From a virus (lineage: Duplodnaviria; Heunggongvirae; Uroviricota; Caudoviricetes): 38,108 bases of DNA. Below, piece after piece: positions 20,674 through 29,716 of the stretch; position 1 is the stretch's first letter; each line of letters starts with the position of its first letter. The stretch spans positions 1-38,108 of IMG/VR virus record IMGVR_UViG_2563366933_000009; one strand, 5' to 3'. Both the position numbers and the translations under genes were made by a program. The notes beneath the pieces were generated by a model. It had not been told where the DNA came from, did no database searches, and saw nothing but the letters and a program-made list of their open reading frames with translations.

Positions 20674-20862
20674 TCACAACTTCCATTGCTGAAGGTTCAG
20701 CATGTCGAAAAATGAGCCGCATTTAGGGATATTTTCCATTCTTGCCCTCTCTTCAGCCGCTTTGTAATAAGCCATTGGCCTTTTCACACCATCAGCACCA
20801 GTGATGTATTCAACGCCTTCCTTCTGGTCTTTGTTTACGGAAACCATCGCAACATCTTCCAC
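20674..20862 (-). CDS. Hypothetical small protein, possibly a remnant of a larger gene
   Basis: 62-aa ORF followed upstream by about 270 bp with no long ORF. Confidence 0.3.
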   Translation of the reverse strand: MEDVAMVSVNKDQKEGVEYITGADGVKRPMAYYKAAEERARMENIPKCGSFFDMLNLQQWKL

Positions 20863-21133
20863 TTGTTCGTTATCGATTCAGCGGATGTCTTTCCATCAGT
20901 CCGCCACCACAAAGAATCTTTTTTGCCATAAGGCTGGAGGTTCATCTTTCAGTGGCTGCCAGTGTTATTTCCCCACTTACTGGCTTGGGTTGTTTCGCTG
21001 TACTGCTGTAACTGGCGGTGCACAGATTTAGTTAAATCTGTTCTCGCCTGAACTATCTTTTACATACCCGGATTGTGGGGATGTAAATCACGGTTTCATT
21101 ATCAAGCCCACCAGTAGATGGGCTTTGGAATGG

Positions 21134-21652
21134 TCACTTTGGCAGTCCGGGGATCGATATTTGCGCCTGCTGCTCAAGCCTTTCGATTCTTGCTATGAGT
21201 TGCGGTTTTTTGATCCTGCCCCAGCGGTTCAGCAAGCGTCCTGACATACTGGCAACATCCTTTTCCTTCATGAACTCCAGCATTAACTCGTTGTGCTCTC
21301 TTTGGTATGAGTGAGCCATCTCCATCAGCCTGTCACGCATCCAATTAAATGCTTTGATAAACGCCTCTTTGATGGCGGCAGCTTTTTTGCCGGTAAACGA
21401 CATGATGATGTACATCGCACCGTCTTTGGAAATTTCATATTCAACATACTGATTACCCTTGTGTTCATAGGTAACCCGCGAAAAGTTGCTGGTTAGAAAT
21501 TCATCCGAACAGTCTAGCTTTTCGATTTTCTGAATGATGTGGTGATGCTGCTTGTCGAAGTAAGCTGCTACCTTGCGGGAGGTTGTGATCACGCGATCAC
21601 CAGAAACAACCACCATGTCCCGGAAATCGAGATTAGCCAATTGATGATTCAT
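21134..21652 (-). CDS. rha: Rha-family phage regulatory protein
   Basis: Start taken at internal Met (MNHQLANLDFRDMVVVSGDRVITTSRKVAAYFDKQHHHIIQKIEKL), a typical Rha N-terminal domain. Confidence 0.75.
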   Translation of the reverse strand: MNHQLANLDFRDMVVVSGDRVITTSRKVAAYFDKQHHHIIQKIEKLDCSDEFLTSNFSRVTYEHKGNQYVEYEISKDGAMYIIMSFTGKKAAAIKEAFIKAFNWMRDRLMEMAHSYQREHNELMLEFMKEKDVASMSGRLLNRWGRIKKPQLIARIERLEQQAQISIPGLPK

Positions 21653-21794
21653 AGCGTCTTTACCTTTTAGAAAGTGAGCCTGTCTCACAGAAAAGCCGCC
21701 CGAGAGAGGTCGCCACCTATAACGGCATTTCTCAGGCTCGCTTACTGAAAGGCTCTCGTTAATATGCGCGTGAGATGCGCTGTGAAATTCAGAT

Positions 21795-21820
21795 ATAAAA
21801 AGCCCCGCGAATGCGAGGCT
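21795..21820 (-). terminator. Intrinsic terminator downstream of the lysis cassette
   Basis: Minus strand: stem AGCCTCGC/GCGGGGCT (one G-U) with 4-nt loop followed by TTTTTATATC. Confidence 0.5.
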
Positions 21821-21993
21821 AAATCCTGGTGTTTGTGATGACTGGCTCTTATCTCAACGCAGCCCCTTACCGCGCGCCAGATGCTCAATATCAAGCATCA
21901 GCAATGAGATATTTAATCTGGATTCACTCCAGAAGTGATCATCACCCTGTCTACAGAGCCAGATGTGAAGGATGATGAGTAAAATTATCGCTA

Positions 21994-22431
21994 TCATCGA
22001 AGGCATTGCGTCCTGATGTATTCCTGCAGGTAGTTAACCTGCGCGGTTATCCTGTCGATTCCGCTTCGGAGACGGTAATAATTGAGTTCAGCATCTGCTG
22101 TAAGTCTTGGGCTTTCTCCATCGCCCATGCTGCTGGCTCCGGTCGTTGACTTTGCACAGGTGGCGGCGACTTGCAGGCGCTTACGCCCAGCAGAAACATC
22201 AGCACGGAGACTTTCGATAGTCGCGTTAGCATCAGCAAGCTCCTTTGTATATCTGGCATCGAGTTCTGCTACGTCACGTTGACGCTTCTGCATGTCAGCG
22301 ATTGTGGATGTGGCCTTATCGCGCTGCTCTTTGTAGGCGATGGCGTTATCACGGTAATGATTAACAGCCCATGACAGGCAGACGATGATGCAGATAACCA
22401 GAGCGGAGATAATCGCGGTTACTCTGCTCAT
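21994..22431 (-). CDS. Rz: Rz i-spanin
   Basis: 145 aa with N-terminal TM segment and coiled-coil body; directly downstream of a lambda-R-like endolysin; contains the embedded Rz1 frame. Confidence 0.9.
   Translation of the reverse strand: MSRVTAIISALVICIIVCLSWAVNHYRDNAIAYKEQRDKATSTIADMQKRQRDVAELDARYTKELADANATIESLRADVSAGRKRLQVAATCAKSTTGASSMGDGESPRLTADAELNYYRLRSGIDRITAQVNYLQEYIRTQCLR
22047..22232 (-). CDS. Rz1: Rz1 o-spanin (lipoprotein), embedded in the +1 frame of Rz
   Basis: Lipobox LLGVSAC followed by a proline-rich stretch; start taken at the internal Met ([15 protein letters not shown]). Confidence 0.7.
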   Translation of the reverse strand: MLTRLSKVSVLMFLLGVSACKSPPPVQSQRPEPAAWAMEKAQDLQQMLNSIITVSEAESTG

Positions 22432-22904
22432 ACCTCAATCTCTCTGACCGTTCCGCCTGCTTCTTTGAATTTTGCAATCAGGCTGTCAGCCTTATGCTCG
22501 AACTGACCATAACCAGCGCCCGGCAGTGAAGCCCAGATATTACTGCAACGGTCGATAGCCTGACGAATATCACCGCGATCAATCATCGGTAAAGCTCCAC
22601 GCTCTTTAATCTGTTGCAGTGCCACAGCGTCCTGGCTTTTCGGAGAGAAGTCTTTCAGGCCAAGCTGCTTACGATAGGCATCCCACCAACGGGAAAGAAG
22701 CTGGTAACGTCCGGCGGCTGTTGATTTGAGTTTGGGGTTTAGCGTGACAAGTTTGCGAGGGTGATCGGAGTAATCAGTGAATAGCTCTCCGCCAACAATG
22801 ACGTCATAACCATGATTTCTGGTTTTCTGACGTCCGTTATCTGTTCCCTCTGACCACGCCAGCATATCGAGGAACGCCTTACGTTGATTATTGATTTCCA
22901 CCAT
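22428..22904 (-). CDS. R: Endolysin, lambda R-type lytic transglycosylase
   Basis: 158 aa, near-identical over its length to lambda R ([28 protein letters not shown]...). Confidence 0.95.
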   Translation of the reverse strand: MVEINNQRKAFLDMLAWSEGTDNGRQKTRNHGYDVIVGGELFTDYSDHPRKLVTLNPKLKSTAAGRYQLLSRWWDAYRKQLGLKDFSPKSQDAVALQQIKERGALPMIDRGDIRQAIDRCSNIWASLPGAGYGQFEHKADSLIAKFKEAGGTVREIEV

Positions 22905-23211
22905 CTTCTACTCCGGCTTTTTTAGCAGCGAAGCGTTTGATAAGCGAACCAATCGAGTCAGTACCGATGTAGCCGATGAACACGCTTGTTATATAAGCGA
23001 GATTGCTACTTAGTCCGGCGAAGTCGAGAAGGTCACGAATGAACCAGGCGATAATGGCGCACATCGTTGCGTCGATTACTGTTTTTGTAAACGCACCGCC
23101 ATTATATCTGCCGCGAAGGTACGCCATTGCAAACGCAAGGATTGCCCCGATGCCTTGTTCCTTTGCCGCGAGAATGGCGGCTAACAGGTCATGTTTTTCT
23201 GGCATCTTCAT
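22888..23211 (-). CDS. S: Holin, lambda S-type class I with dual start
   Basis: 107 aa starting [14 protein letters not shown], essentially identical to lambda S107/S105. Confidence 0.95.
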   Translation of the reverse strand: MKMPEKHDLLAAILAAKEQGIGAILAFAMAYLRGRYNGGAFTKTVIDATMCAIIAWFIRDLLDFAGLSSNLAYITSVFIGYIGTDSIGSLIKRFAAKKAGVEDGGNQ

Positions 23212-23456
23212 GTCTTACCCCCAATAAGGGGATTTGCTCTATTTAATTAGGAATAAGGTCGATTACTGATAGAACAAATCCAGGCTACTGTGTTTAGCAA
23301 TCAGATTTGTTCGTGACCGATATGCACGGGCAAAACGGCAGGAGGTTGTTAGCGCGACCTCCTGCCACCCGCTTTCACGAAGATCATGTGTAGAAGGCAG
23401 CAGCGTAACTATCACTGATGAATTCAGGATAGCCAGTGGCTACGGCTCAGTTTGGG

Positions 23457-23583
23457 TTGTGGCGGCCGGAATCGAACCGGCTTCCATCGGTGCGCTGCCG
23501 ATTGCAGTACGCGCGGCGGTCAGCTACATGACTAGTATTTTCACTGTCGCCTATCTGCTAGCTCGCCATTGAGCTTCACCACA
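23457..23583 (-). ncRNA. Degenerate tRNA-like element (possible tRNA pseudogene or tRNA-derived structured RNA)
   Basis: Minus strand: 7-bp acceptor TGTGGTG/CGCCACA, D-arm GCTC-AATGGC-GAGC, anticodon-like arm ATCGG-CAGCGCA-CCGAT, T-arm GCCGG-TTCGATT-CCGGC, but about 50 nt inserted between D and anticodon arms and a non-canonical anticodon loop. Confidence 0.3.
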
Positions 23584-23703
23584 ACGATAAGAGCACTCGG
23601 TGCATTTAAGCCAAGCCCCATAAGGGAGAATGCTCTTACCTGTTGTGCAAACAAAAAAGCCACCGTCGCAACTTAAGAGTCACTAACGGCAGCTTATGCG
23701 AAT

Positions 23704-23733
23704 AGTGTTGCTCATTTGCTCAATGATGTCAAC
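23704..23733 (-). promoter_or_regulatory. Candidate Q-dependent late promoter (PR'-like) just downstream of the Q-like gene
   Basis: Perfect -35 TTGACA on the minus strand a few nt past the Q stop, with only a weak -10 (AACACT); position matches lambdoid PR'. Confidence 0.3.
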
Positions 23734-23738
23734 ACGTT

Positions 23739-24227
23739 CTATGCCACATGTTTAATTTTCTCTACACGTTTCCGGTTTTTAAACGCACTATCCAGAACCG
23801 GGTAAATCATAAACAACGAGGCATTGAGGATTTCGTCAACTTCCCGGCGACAGGTTGCGAGCGATGGTTTTTGAATGCGCCCGCCGCCCCGGCATAACAT
23901 CTTGCGAGGTCTTGCGACGCGATGATAGTAAGATGCAATGGCGTGTTTGGAAGATCCATGGGCGTAGTAGCTGAGGAGGATGCCAAAGGCTTTCTTGTCA
24001 ATGCACATGACGGAATCGACGACCTGAGAAATCAACATTCCATCATCATCATTACACATTGGCCTTGTCATAACTCTTCCCGGCTCTACGCTCTCCATGA
24101 ACTTCGCTATTACGCTGCTCATGCGCTTTTCCAGGCGGCCTGAATAAACCCATGCGCCCCACAGTTCAAGCCAGCCATTCAGCCACTCGTGCTGTTCTTT
24201 GGTGAGGTTTAGTTCTCTTATGCTCAT
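23739..24227 (-). CDS. Late-gene antiterminator Q-like protein (phage 82 / QuuD type)
   Basis: 162 aa; LELWGAWVYSG...RPMCNDDDGMLI resembles the QuuD-type Q signature; sits between the nin region and the lysis cassette. Confidence 0.75.
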   Translation of the reverse strand: MSIRELNLTKEQHEWLNGWLELWGAWVYSGRLEKRMSSVIAKFMESVEPGRVMTRPMCNDDDGMLISQVVDSVMCIDKKAFGILLSYYAHGSSKHAIASYYHRVARPRKMLCRGGGRIQKPSLATCRREVDEILNASLFMIYPVLDSAFKNRKRVEKIKHVA

Positions 24228-24412
24228 CGTCTTCCCCTTTTGCCCTGTTTGACCATCAGGACGCCGTTAACTATTACGTGACGCTCGCCTTTGCTGTCTC
24301 GGTTGTACTTGAGCACTGTTCCTCTTGCGCAGGAAAGCATCCTCGCCACTTCGGTCTGATTGCCTCGTGTCTGAATAAGAAGCTCTGGTATCGTTTGAAT
24401 TGTGGCGTTCAT
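24224..24412 (-). CDS. ninH: NinH-like small DNA-binding protein
   Basis: 62 aa, HTH-like QTEVARMLSCARGTVLKY; position upstream of Q as in lambda. Confidence 0.65.
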   Translation of the reverse strand: MNATIQTIPELLIQTRGNQTEVARMLSCARGTVLKYNRDSKGERHVIVNGVLMVKQGKRGRR

Positions 24413-24771
24413 GCGTTCTCCAGTTCGGTGATTTTTATTCCAAGCCTTCCACCTGGTACTTTCACGCCACGAATTACGCGAATGTCATCGAATTGCTCGT
24501 CGTCTTCCGCAAATCCGGCGTGGATAAGGGAGTCGAGTAAACCTTTCAGGATGTTGTCGAGGTCGCGGCGGCGGGAGTCTGGAACGTCTGCGATGACTTT
24601 GATACGGAGTCGTGATTTGGTGAAAATGTCTAACTTGAGTTGGCGAATGATTTGCTGAACGTCTTTTCGGTATTTCTGGCCTTTATCGCTGATGTAGTAT
24701 TGGCTTCCCCGTCTTCGCCAGTAGGTGTTCACCGACGGCGGGTATGGAAGCACAAACTGATATTCGTTCAT
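24409..24771 (-). CDS. rusA: RusA-type Holliday junction resolvase
   Basis: 120 aa; YPPSVNTYWRRRG...RRDLDNILKGLLDSL matches the RusA family. Confidence 0.9.
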   Translation of the reverse strand: MNEYQFVLPYPPSVNTYWRRRGSQYYISDKGQKYRKDVQQIIRQLKLDIFTKSRLRIKVIADVPDSRRRDLDNILKGLLDSLIHAGFAEDDEQFDDIRVIRGVKVPGGRLGIKITELENA

Positions 24772-25058
24772 GGCTTAATCTTCCCCTCCTTCAGCAGTAT
24801 CGCCTGCGTCCTGATCACGCCTTCCAGGTGGTAAAGTCTGGCGTCTTTGTTGTCGAGGTTATGGGTGCGTCGGTCGATTTCATCGTGACACGCGCTACAA
24901 GCCCATGCTCCGATCAGGTCGTCAGGTTTCATTCCCGTTCCGCAAATTCCAGCCATCCGGTAATGTGCCAGAACTGTAGTTTCAGGGTTGCCATTGCATA
25001 CGCCGTAAATACGTACCTGGCATTCTCTGCCGCGTGCTTCTTTGCGTAGGTTAGCCAT
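24768..25058 (-). CDS. YbcO-like protein (DUF1364, putative nuclease)
   Basis: 96 aa; RGRECQVRIYGVCNGNPETTVLAHY...CSACHDEIDRRTH resembles DLP12 YbcO. Confidence 0.7.
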   Translation of the reverse strand: MANLRKEARGRECQVRIYGVCNGNPETTVLAHYRMAGICGTGMKPDDLIGAWACSACHDEIDRRTHNLDNKDARLYHLEGVIRTQAILLKEGKIKP

Positions 25059-25263
25059 TTACCTTCCCTCGCAATTGAAGAATTGACTGAAGGTCTTTTT
25101 TAATAAATATGCGAGTGCGAATTGAGCAGTAGTTTTCCTTCATTCTGGCGTAGTAATAGTCCTTTCGTTGTTTAAGCTTGTTGGCATCCGCTGTCATCCA
25201 GTCTTTTACAGCAAACTTAATTAACCAGCGGTGGCAGAGATACCATTTCAGGTAATCACTCAT
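25051..25263 (-). CDS. Hypothetical nin-region protein
   Basis: 70-aa ORF with ATGA-type overlaps to neighbours in the nin operon. Confidence 0.45.
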   Translation of the reverse strand: MSDYLKWYLCHRWLIKFAVKDWMTADANKLKQRKDYYYARMKENYCSIRTRIFIKKDLQSILQLRGKVNG

Positions 25264-25468
25264 CGTCTTCTTCCTCGTACATTGAGCTATTCGGATCGCT
25301 CATCAGTTCTGCGCAGCAGTGCTCACACACATGAACTTCCAGCACATGCAGCCTCTGACCGCAGTTAGCGCACGTTAAAGCCCGCTCGACGCTTTCTTGT
25401 TCGTAACTTCGATTTGGGTCAATCACCTTGTATTCCTCGCGCGATGTCTTAGCCACCGGATATCCCAC
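25256..25468 (-). CDS. ninF: NinF-like protein
   Basis: [46 protein letters not shown] matches lambda NinF; true start may be internal. Confidence 0.7.
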   Translation of the reverse strand: MGYPVAKTSREEYKVIDPNRSYEQESVERALTCANCGQRLHVLEVHVCEHCCAELMSDPNSSMYEEEDDE

Positions 25469-25605
25469 AGGTGAGCCGTGTAGTTGAAGGTTTTTACGTC
25501 AGATTCTTTTGGGATTGGCTTGGGTTTATTTCTGGAGCGTTTCGTTGGAAGGTATTTGCAGTTTTCGCAGATGATGTCGGTGAAACTTCGTCGCTGTCGT
25601 CTCAT
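25423..25605 (-). CDS. ninE: NinE-like protein
   Basis: Internal Met start; [27 protein letters not shown]...[14 protein letters not shown] closely matches lambda NinE. Confidence 0.75.
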   Translation of the reverse strand: MRRQRRSFTDIICENCKYLPTKRSRNKPKPIPKESDVKTFNYTAHLWDIRWLRHRARNTR

Positions 25606-26012
25606 TCGTACCTCCTGTCGGTAAATCTGACACCCTGACCAACAGCCCATGCTGTCGTGTACTCAATCAGGCTTGCCATGCGCTTCACGCTCATCTGTGC
25701 GCTGCTTTCGCGAATGTTGACGTATTCACCTTCAAGGCCGGGCAAAACATCAGCTTCCTGTTTTGTTGCCACTGCATGACCGCTGATCAACAAAACCTTC
25801 CATTGTTCCGGTTTTAACCATTTGCCGCACCATTGAACCTGACGAGCGATATCCGCCAGCATCGCGTGAAATTTTGCGTTCTGGTCAAGGTTGCGCTTGT
25901 AGTCAATAATGCGGATGGTGACTGGCTTGTCTTTATCGAGTGGTGTTGCTAGGATGGCGTTGATTGCGGCTTGCTGTTGTTGCTTAGTTCGGAGGAATAT
26001 TGTTTGCTTCAC
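25602..26012 (-). CDS. ninB: NinB (Orf) recombination mediator
   Basis: 136 aa, lambda NinB-like sequence and position. Confidence 0.85.
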   Translation of the reverse strand: MKQTIFLRTKQQQQAAINAILATPLDKDKPVTIRIIDYKRNLDQNAKFHAMLADIARQVQWCGKWLKPEQWKVLLISGHAVATKQEADVLPGLEGEYVNIRESSAQMSVKRMASLIEYTTAWAVGQGVRFTDRRYE

Positions 26013-26023
26013 TGAACACTCCT

Positions 26024-26215
26024 TTATTTTTTATGCCTGTAACCCCATTCTTCCAGCAACCTTGCGGCGTACCACCCAAGAAACAAAGGAAAGAACATTA
26101 CAATGAGATATTCCCCGCCACGGTCAATGTTCGAAATTGACCAGATTACGATGTAACCAGTGCAGGACAGGAATATTACAAACCCCAAAAAGCTACTTCG
26201 TCGACTCATGCTCAC
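26024..26215 (-). CDS. Small hydrophobic protein
   Basis: 63 aa, two predicted hydrophobic segments; nin-region position. Confidence 0.45.
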   Translation of the reverse strand: MSMSRRSSFLGFVIFLSCTGYIVIWSISNIDRGGEYLIVMFFPLFLGWYAARLLEEWGYRHKK

Positions 26216-26520
26216 TCCTTCACTTTGATTCCAGCGGCGCGGATAGCCTCTACATCGCTTTCGTATTGCGATTCTGCACCTGAGTCATAGCCAATGTGAT
26301 AATCACCGGGAAGTGGGCCTTTCTTTGGCTTTTGCAGCTCAATCTCGATAACTGCTCGCGATGCCTGCCATAAAGTCCACCACTCATTTAAGGAGTGACG
26401 AATATCCATGCTTGAAAATGCGAAGTACCTATCACCATTTCTTGCCTCGGTTATCATCTCGAATTGTAATCTCAATTTTTTGGCAACGTATTCCTCAAAC
26501 TGCTTTCTTGATTCGTCCAT
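26212..26520 (-). CDS. Hypothetical protein
   Basis: 102-aa ORF overlapping the downstream gene start; co-oriented with early-right operon. Confidence 0.5.
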   Translation of the reverse strand: MDESRKQFEEYVAKKLRLQFEMITEARNGDRYFAFSSMDIRHSLNEWWTLWQASRAVIEIELQKPKKGPLPGDYHIGYDSGAESQYESDVEAIRAAGIKVKE

Positions 26521-26537
26521 CGATACTTACCCTCAGT

Positions 26538-26744
26538 TCAACTCACAAAACGCCACGCCACTTTTGCTATAGCGACAGGCGCAACACCGATAATCACCCA
26601 CAGGAGAATGCTACCGAACAGCACACCCACCAGGTCTTTACCTTCGCCTACCAACCGGACAAAACTTCCGACAACCACAATGAACGTCGCCACCATCCAC
26701 ATAGCACCGAGAAGCCTCAATGCAGAGAAAATTAACTCAGCCAC
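26538..26744 (-). CDS. Small hydrophobic membrane protein
   Basis: 68 aa, almost entirely hydrophobic (two TM-like segments). Confidence 0.45.
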   Translation of the reverse strand: MAELIFSALRLLGAMWMVATFIVVVGSFVRLVGEGKDLVGVLFGSILLWVIIGVAPVAIAKVAWRFVS

Positions 26745-26769
26745 GATTTACTCTCCCCCAAATAAAAAG

Positions 26770-26801
26770 GCCTGCGATTACCAGCAGGCCTGTTATTAGC
26801 T
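26770..26801 (-). terminator. Intrinsic terminator after the helicase gene (tR2-like position)
   Basis: Minus strand: stem AGGCCTGC/GCAGGCCT with 8-nt loop followed by TTTTTATTT. Confidence 0.5.
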
Positions 26802-26819
26802 CAGTGATGTAGATGGTCA

Positions 26820-28271
26820 TCAGAATCCTCCTTTCTTCTTGGATTGCGGTTCCTCGCGTTCACGGCGGCGCATTTCAGCAGACTGTTGGTCTGTGTCATA
26901 AATAGCGCCATTTGCCTGAATGCAATACACCGTGCCGGTATTGCCATGACGATTGAGACGAAGGATTAGTTCGGTTTCACCAGGTGGAACACTGTCATCA
27001 AAAGCGCCTTCACGATGGATCCCAACCCAATAATCGCAATCCTGTTCAATCTGCCCTGTATCTCGTGAGTCACTTGGTAATGGGCGTTTATTGGTTCGGC
27101 TTTCCAGTGCGCGGTTAAGCTGTGTCAGAAGCACAACAACGCAATCAAGCTCTTTGGCAAGGTTCTTCAGTCCTTTGGTGATCATGCCGTAAGCAAGGTC
27201 GTTGCGATCGGCCTTCTCAGCAGTCATTAGTGTCAGGTAATCGACCAGAATCATGCCAACACATCCTTTTTCTCGCTTGATTCGACGGCTTTCGCTGACG
27301 ATTTGAGCCAGAGATAATCCCGGCGTGTCGTCGATGTAAAGCATGTCGATTTCACTCAAGCGATTGGCTGTTTCGATCGCCCTGTTGAAGTCACCATCGT
27401 AATCACCCTGATAGCCGTCATCGGCGTCATTTGTCGCCGGAAGGTAAAAAATATTCGGGTTAACACCAGACTTCTGCCCTACCAGTTTTTCCAGTATCTG
27501 ATCACCTGGCATTTCAAGGCTGAACATCAGAGCGGGCTTTTTCTCATGCACTGCGCAATTGATTGCCATCTGGCTGTATAGCGTCGTTTTCCCCATCTTA
27601 GGGCGAGCGCCAATGACAAACAGAGAGCCTTTCACCAGACCTTTCGGTGACAGCATCCTGTCCAGCGATGGGATCCCTGTGCTCATTCCTCGCTGTTCGC
27701 CTGACGGGTCAAATCGCTTCTCAAGGTCGCTAACCCAGTCTTCCATGACCTCACCAAATGAGCGAAGGCCGCGACGCGATCCGGTTTTTGCATGGTCTGT
27801 CAGTTGCGTGAAAATCGCCTGAATAGCTTCGTACTTCTGCGTTGCAGTCATTCCGTTGCGGGAATAGAGCAATTCCGTCGCTTCAGTCATGCGGTTGATG
27901 GCGTAGCGTTCCATTGCGGTTTCACGAACCTGCATTGCATAGGCAACGATGTTTGCTGCGCTTGGCGTGTTCTTTGCGATCTCAGCGATATAAGCAAAAC
28001 CGCCAACAGACGCCGTTAACGATTTACGCTCCAGTTCATCGAAAAGCGTCAGGCCATCTACTGGCTTTTGCTCCCGGTGCATTCTGGTTATTTCTTCGAA
28101 AAGGATTTTGTGTGGTCGGCTGTAAAATGAGTCAGGCTTCAGCATCGCCAGAACCTTCTGGACGCGCTCACTGCTGTCATCATCCAGAAGCAATCCACCA
28201 ATCACCGCCTGCTCTGCCTCGATGCTATGGGGCGGCGCATAAAAATTATCGGTCATCGTGTTCACCCTCAC
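26820..28271 (-). CDS. Replicative DNA helicase, DnaB family (P22 gp12-like)
   Basis: 483 aa; Walker A GARPKMGKT and DnaB-type N- and C-terminal domain pattern. Confidence 0.95.
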   Translation of the reverse strand: MRVNTMTDNFYAPPHSIEAEQAVIGGLLLDDDSSERVQKVLAMLKPDSFYSRPHKILFEEITRMHREQKPVDGLTLFDELERKSLTASVGGFAYIAEIAKNTPSAANIVAYAMQVRETAMERYAINRMTEATELLYSRNGMTATQKYEAIQAIFTQLTDHAKTGSRRGLRSFGEVMEDWVSDLEKRFDPSGEQRGMSTGIPSLDRMLSPKGLVKGSLFVIGARPKMGKTTLYSQMAINCAVHEKKPALMFSLEMPGDQILEKLVGQKSGVNPNIFYLPATNDADDGYQGDYDGDFNRAIETANRLSEIDMLYIDDTPGLSLAQIVSESRRIKREKGCVGMILVDYLTLMTAEKADRNDLAYGMITKGLKNLAKELDCVVVLLTQLNRALESRTNKRPLPSDSRDTGQIEQDCDYWVGIHREGAFDDSVPPGETELILRLNRHGNTGTVYCIQANGAIYDTDQQSAEMRRREREEPQSKKKGGF

Positions 28272-29136
28272 GAACTTTCAGGTAGGTATTATCGTTAAGC
28301 AGGAAATCAAATCCCTTTTTGTGCCAGACAGTTCCGCGTTGATGGTTTGGGCGCTCTTCGAACATCCATCGGCAATTTTCGCCTACGTAGCTCAAATAAT
28401 TTCTCCAGTCCTGCATCGTGAAACCATGCCCGTCAAGCTGTCGGGTTATCACTCCGGCTTTGCGCCAGAACGTTCGGATCTGGTTTTTACGCTTGTCATT
28501 CAGTGCGCGGATTCTTGGCGCTTCAGGAAGGATTTCGTGGTAAGCATCGACAACATCCTGACAGCTAACGGAAGGTTTTTTCTTGTCAGACTTTTTGTCT
28601 GCTGTGGCACTCTCTAATACGTCAGTATTAGAGATATTATTTATATTATTGTTTATGGACAACCGTTGGACAACCGTTGGACAATCTCCGCTGAGAGCCG
28701 CGCCATTACTGGTGTTTGCGTTGGACAACCGTTGGACAACCGTTGGACAATTTTTTGCCTGAAAATCGTCATATTTAACGATTGTAAACAGGCTAAATTT
28801 CTTCCCCATCGAGCAAATATTAAGCATACCTTTCGACTCAAAAGTCCGTAATAAGCTCCGAACTTTGTTGTCGGGGATGAATGTTTCTCTGACCAGCGAC
28901 GGGCGTCCAGTTATCATCTGACCGCGATCAACAGTTATCGGACCGATATCCGTATTGACGACAGTAGATTCGTGATTAGCCTTGAGGATTAAGTGAAGCC
29001 AAAGATGTACTGCCTGAGAGTCCTTATAGAGCCTGCTGTCCATAAACTGGCGGTGTATAGAGACATACCCCATACTGGATGCCTCCTGATGTTGTACAGG
29101 GTTATGCCTGTAATCAGCTAACTTAACGACGCCCAT
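28246..29136 (-). CDS. Replication initiator (lambda O / P22 gp18 functional analogue) with ori iterons inside the gene
   Basis: 296-aa ORF upstream of the helicase; contains direct 11-bp iterons that translate to the repeated peptide PTVVQRLS. Confidence 0.8.
   Translation of the reverse strand: MGVVKLADYRHNPVQHQEASSMGYVSIHRQFMDSRLYKDSQAVHLWLHLILKANHESTVVNTDIGPITVDRGQMITGRPSLVRETFIPDNKVRSLLRTFESKGMLNICSMGKKFSLFTIVKYDDFQAKNCPTVVQRLSNANTSNGAALSGDCPTVVQRLSINNNINNISNTDVLESATADKKSDKKKPSVSCQDVVDAYHEILPEAPRIRALNDKRKNQIRTFWRKAGVITRQLDGHGFTMQDWRNYLSYVGENCRWMFEERPNHQRGTVWHKKGFDFLLNDNTYLKVREGEHDDR
28657..28750. repeat. Replication origin iterons: five direct copies of an 11-bp unit (CCGTTGGACAA) in two clusters, followed by an AT-rich tract
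   Basis: Two copies plus a partial copy at about 28657-28690 and three at about 28718-28750; AT-rich run at about 28751-28800. Confidence 0.8.
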
Positions 29137-29284
29137 GCTTCACTCCTGCTTTGGCTAGTCTGTAAACACCAACAAGGCGCTCTGCGAACGCCCTGTTATT
29201 TGCTGCGGCTACCACTAATCCCTCAGGTGAATCAGGGTGTCGAATCTCTTCTTTTTCCTGGTATTTCTTACGACGTTTTGTCAT
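29123..29284 (-). CDS. Small basic hypothetical protein between cII and the initiator gene
   Basis: 53-aa ORF (MTKRRKKYQEKEEIRH...) with AGGAG Shine-Dalgarno 6 nt upstream; overlaps the initiator start; below the ORF-track size cut-off. Confidence 0.35.
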   Translation of the reverse strand: MTKRRKKYQEKEEIRHPDSPEGLVVAAANNRAFAERLVGVYRLAKAGVKHGRR

Positions 29285-29318
29285 AATGACTCCTGTGGAT
29301 TGATCCAGTCTTTCTACA

Positions 29319-29600
29319 TCAGGCCTCGAAGAATTCGCCGTTCTTCGGGGCTTTTTCTTTTGTCAGGTAATTGGCAAGCCGCTTAGTCAGCTCAGCCATT
29401 TCATCGTCTTCGATTCCGTATTCCAGAACAGCCAGCATCATGCTTACCTGCGAGAAGAAACCATTCTTCCATCGGCTTACCTGATATTCAGGAACCCCCA
29501 TTGCTCGAGCGAATGTCTTCTGCCCCATCAGTGCCAGTTTGTTCAGCAAGGCTGACTCGATGCGAGCCGCTTTCTTGCTTTTAGTTGCAATAGTACCCAT
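29319..29600 (-). CDS. cII: CII-like lysogeny establishment activator
   Basis: 93 aa; RIESALLNKLA...SRWK...MLAVLEYG matches lambda CII. Confidence 0.9.
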   Translation of the reverse strand: MGTIATKSKKAARIESALLNKLALMGQKTFARAMGVPEYQVSRWKNGFFSQVSMMLAVLEYGIEDDEMAELTKRLANYLTKEKAPKNGEFFEA

Positions 29601-29676
29601 AGATAATTTCCTTAATTATTAGATAGAGTTGGCTTCGCAAAGAAACGCAAAACCATAGAGATTTGTTTCTGGTAAT

Positions 29677-29708
29677 GCCCTTTTTCAGGGCGGGGATGTG
29701 TAAGAGCG
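29677..29708 (-). promoter_or_regulatory. nutR-like site (boxA + boxB)
   Basis: Minus strand reads CGCTCTTACACA ... GCCCTGAAAAAGGGC, matching lambda nutR boxA and boxB, between cro and cII. Confidence 0.7.
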
Positions 29709-29716
29709 TTAATAAC

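Noticed and set aside
21821-21993. About 50-aa hydrophobic minus-strand ORF between Rz and the downstream terminator
   Set aside because: No clear ribosome-binding site and below the size where composition alone is convincing; it may be real, but the sequence alone does not support a call.
23457-23583. Calling this a functional canonical tRNA gene with an assigned anticodon
   Set aside because: Acceptor, D and T arms are convincing, but about 50 nt are inserted after the D-arm and the anticodon loop lacks U33 and purine-37. It is reported only as a tRNA-like element.
23600-23700. Hairpin plus T-run downstream of the candidate late promoter, considered as tR'
   Set aside because: The best stem needs three G-U pairs and a 17-nt loop; too weak to call a terminator.
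28657-28750. Direct 11-bp repeats considered as a possible CRISPR array
   Set aside because: Repeats are only 11 bp, immediately adjacent without unique spacers of CRISPR size, and lie inside a replication initiator gene next to an AT-rich tract; they are ori iterons.
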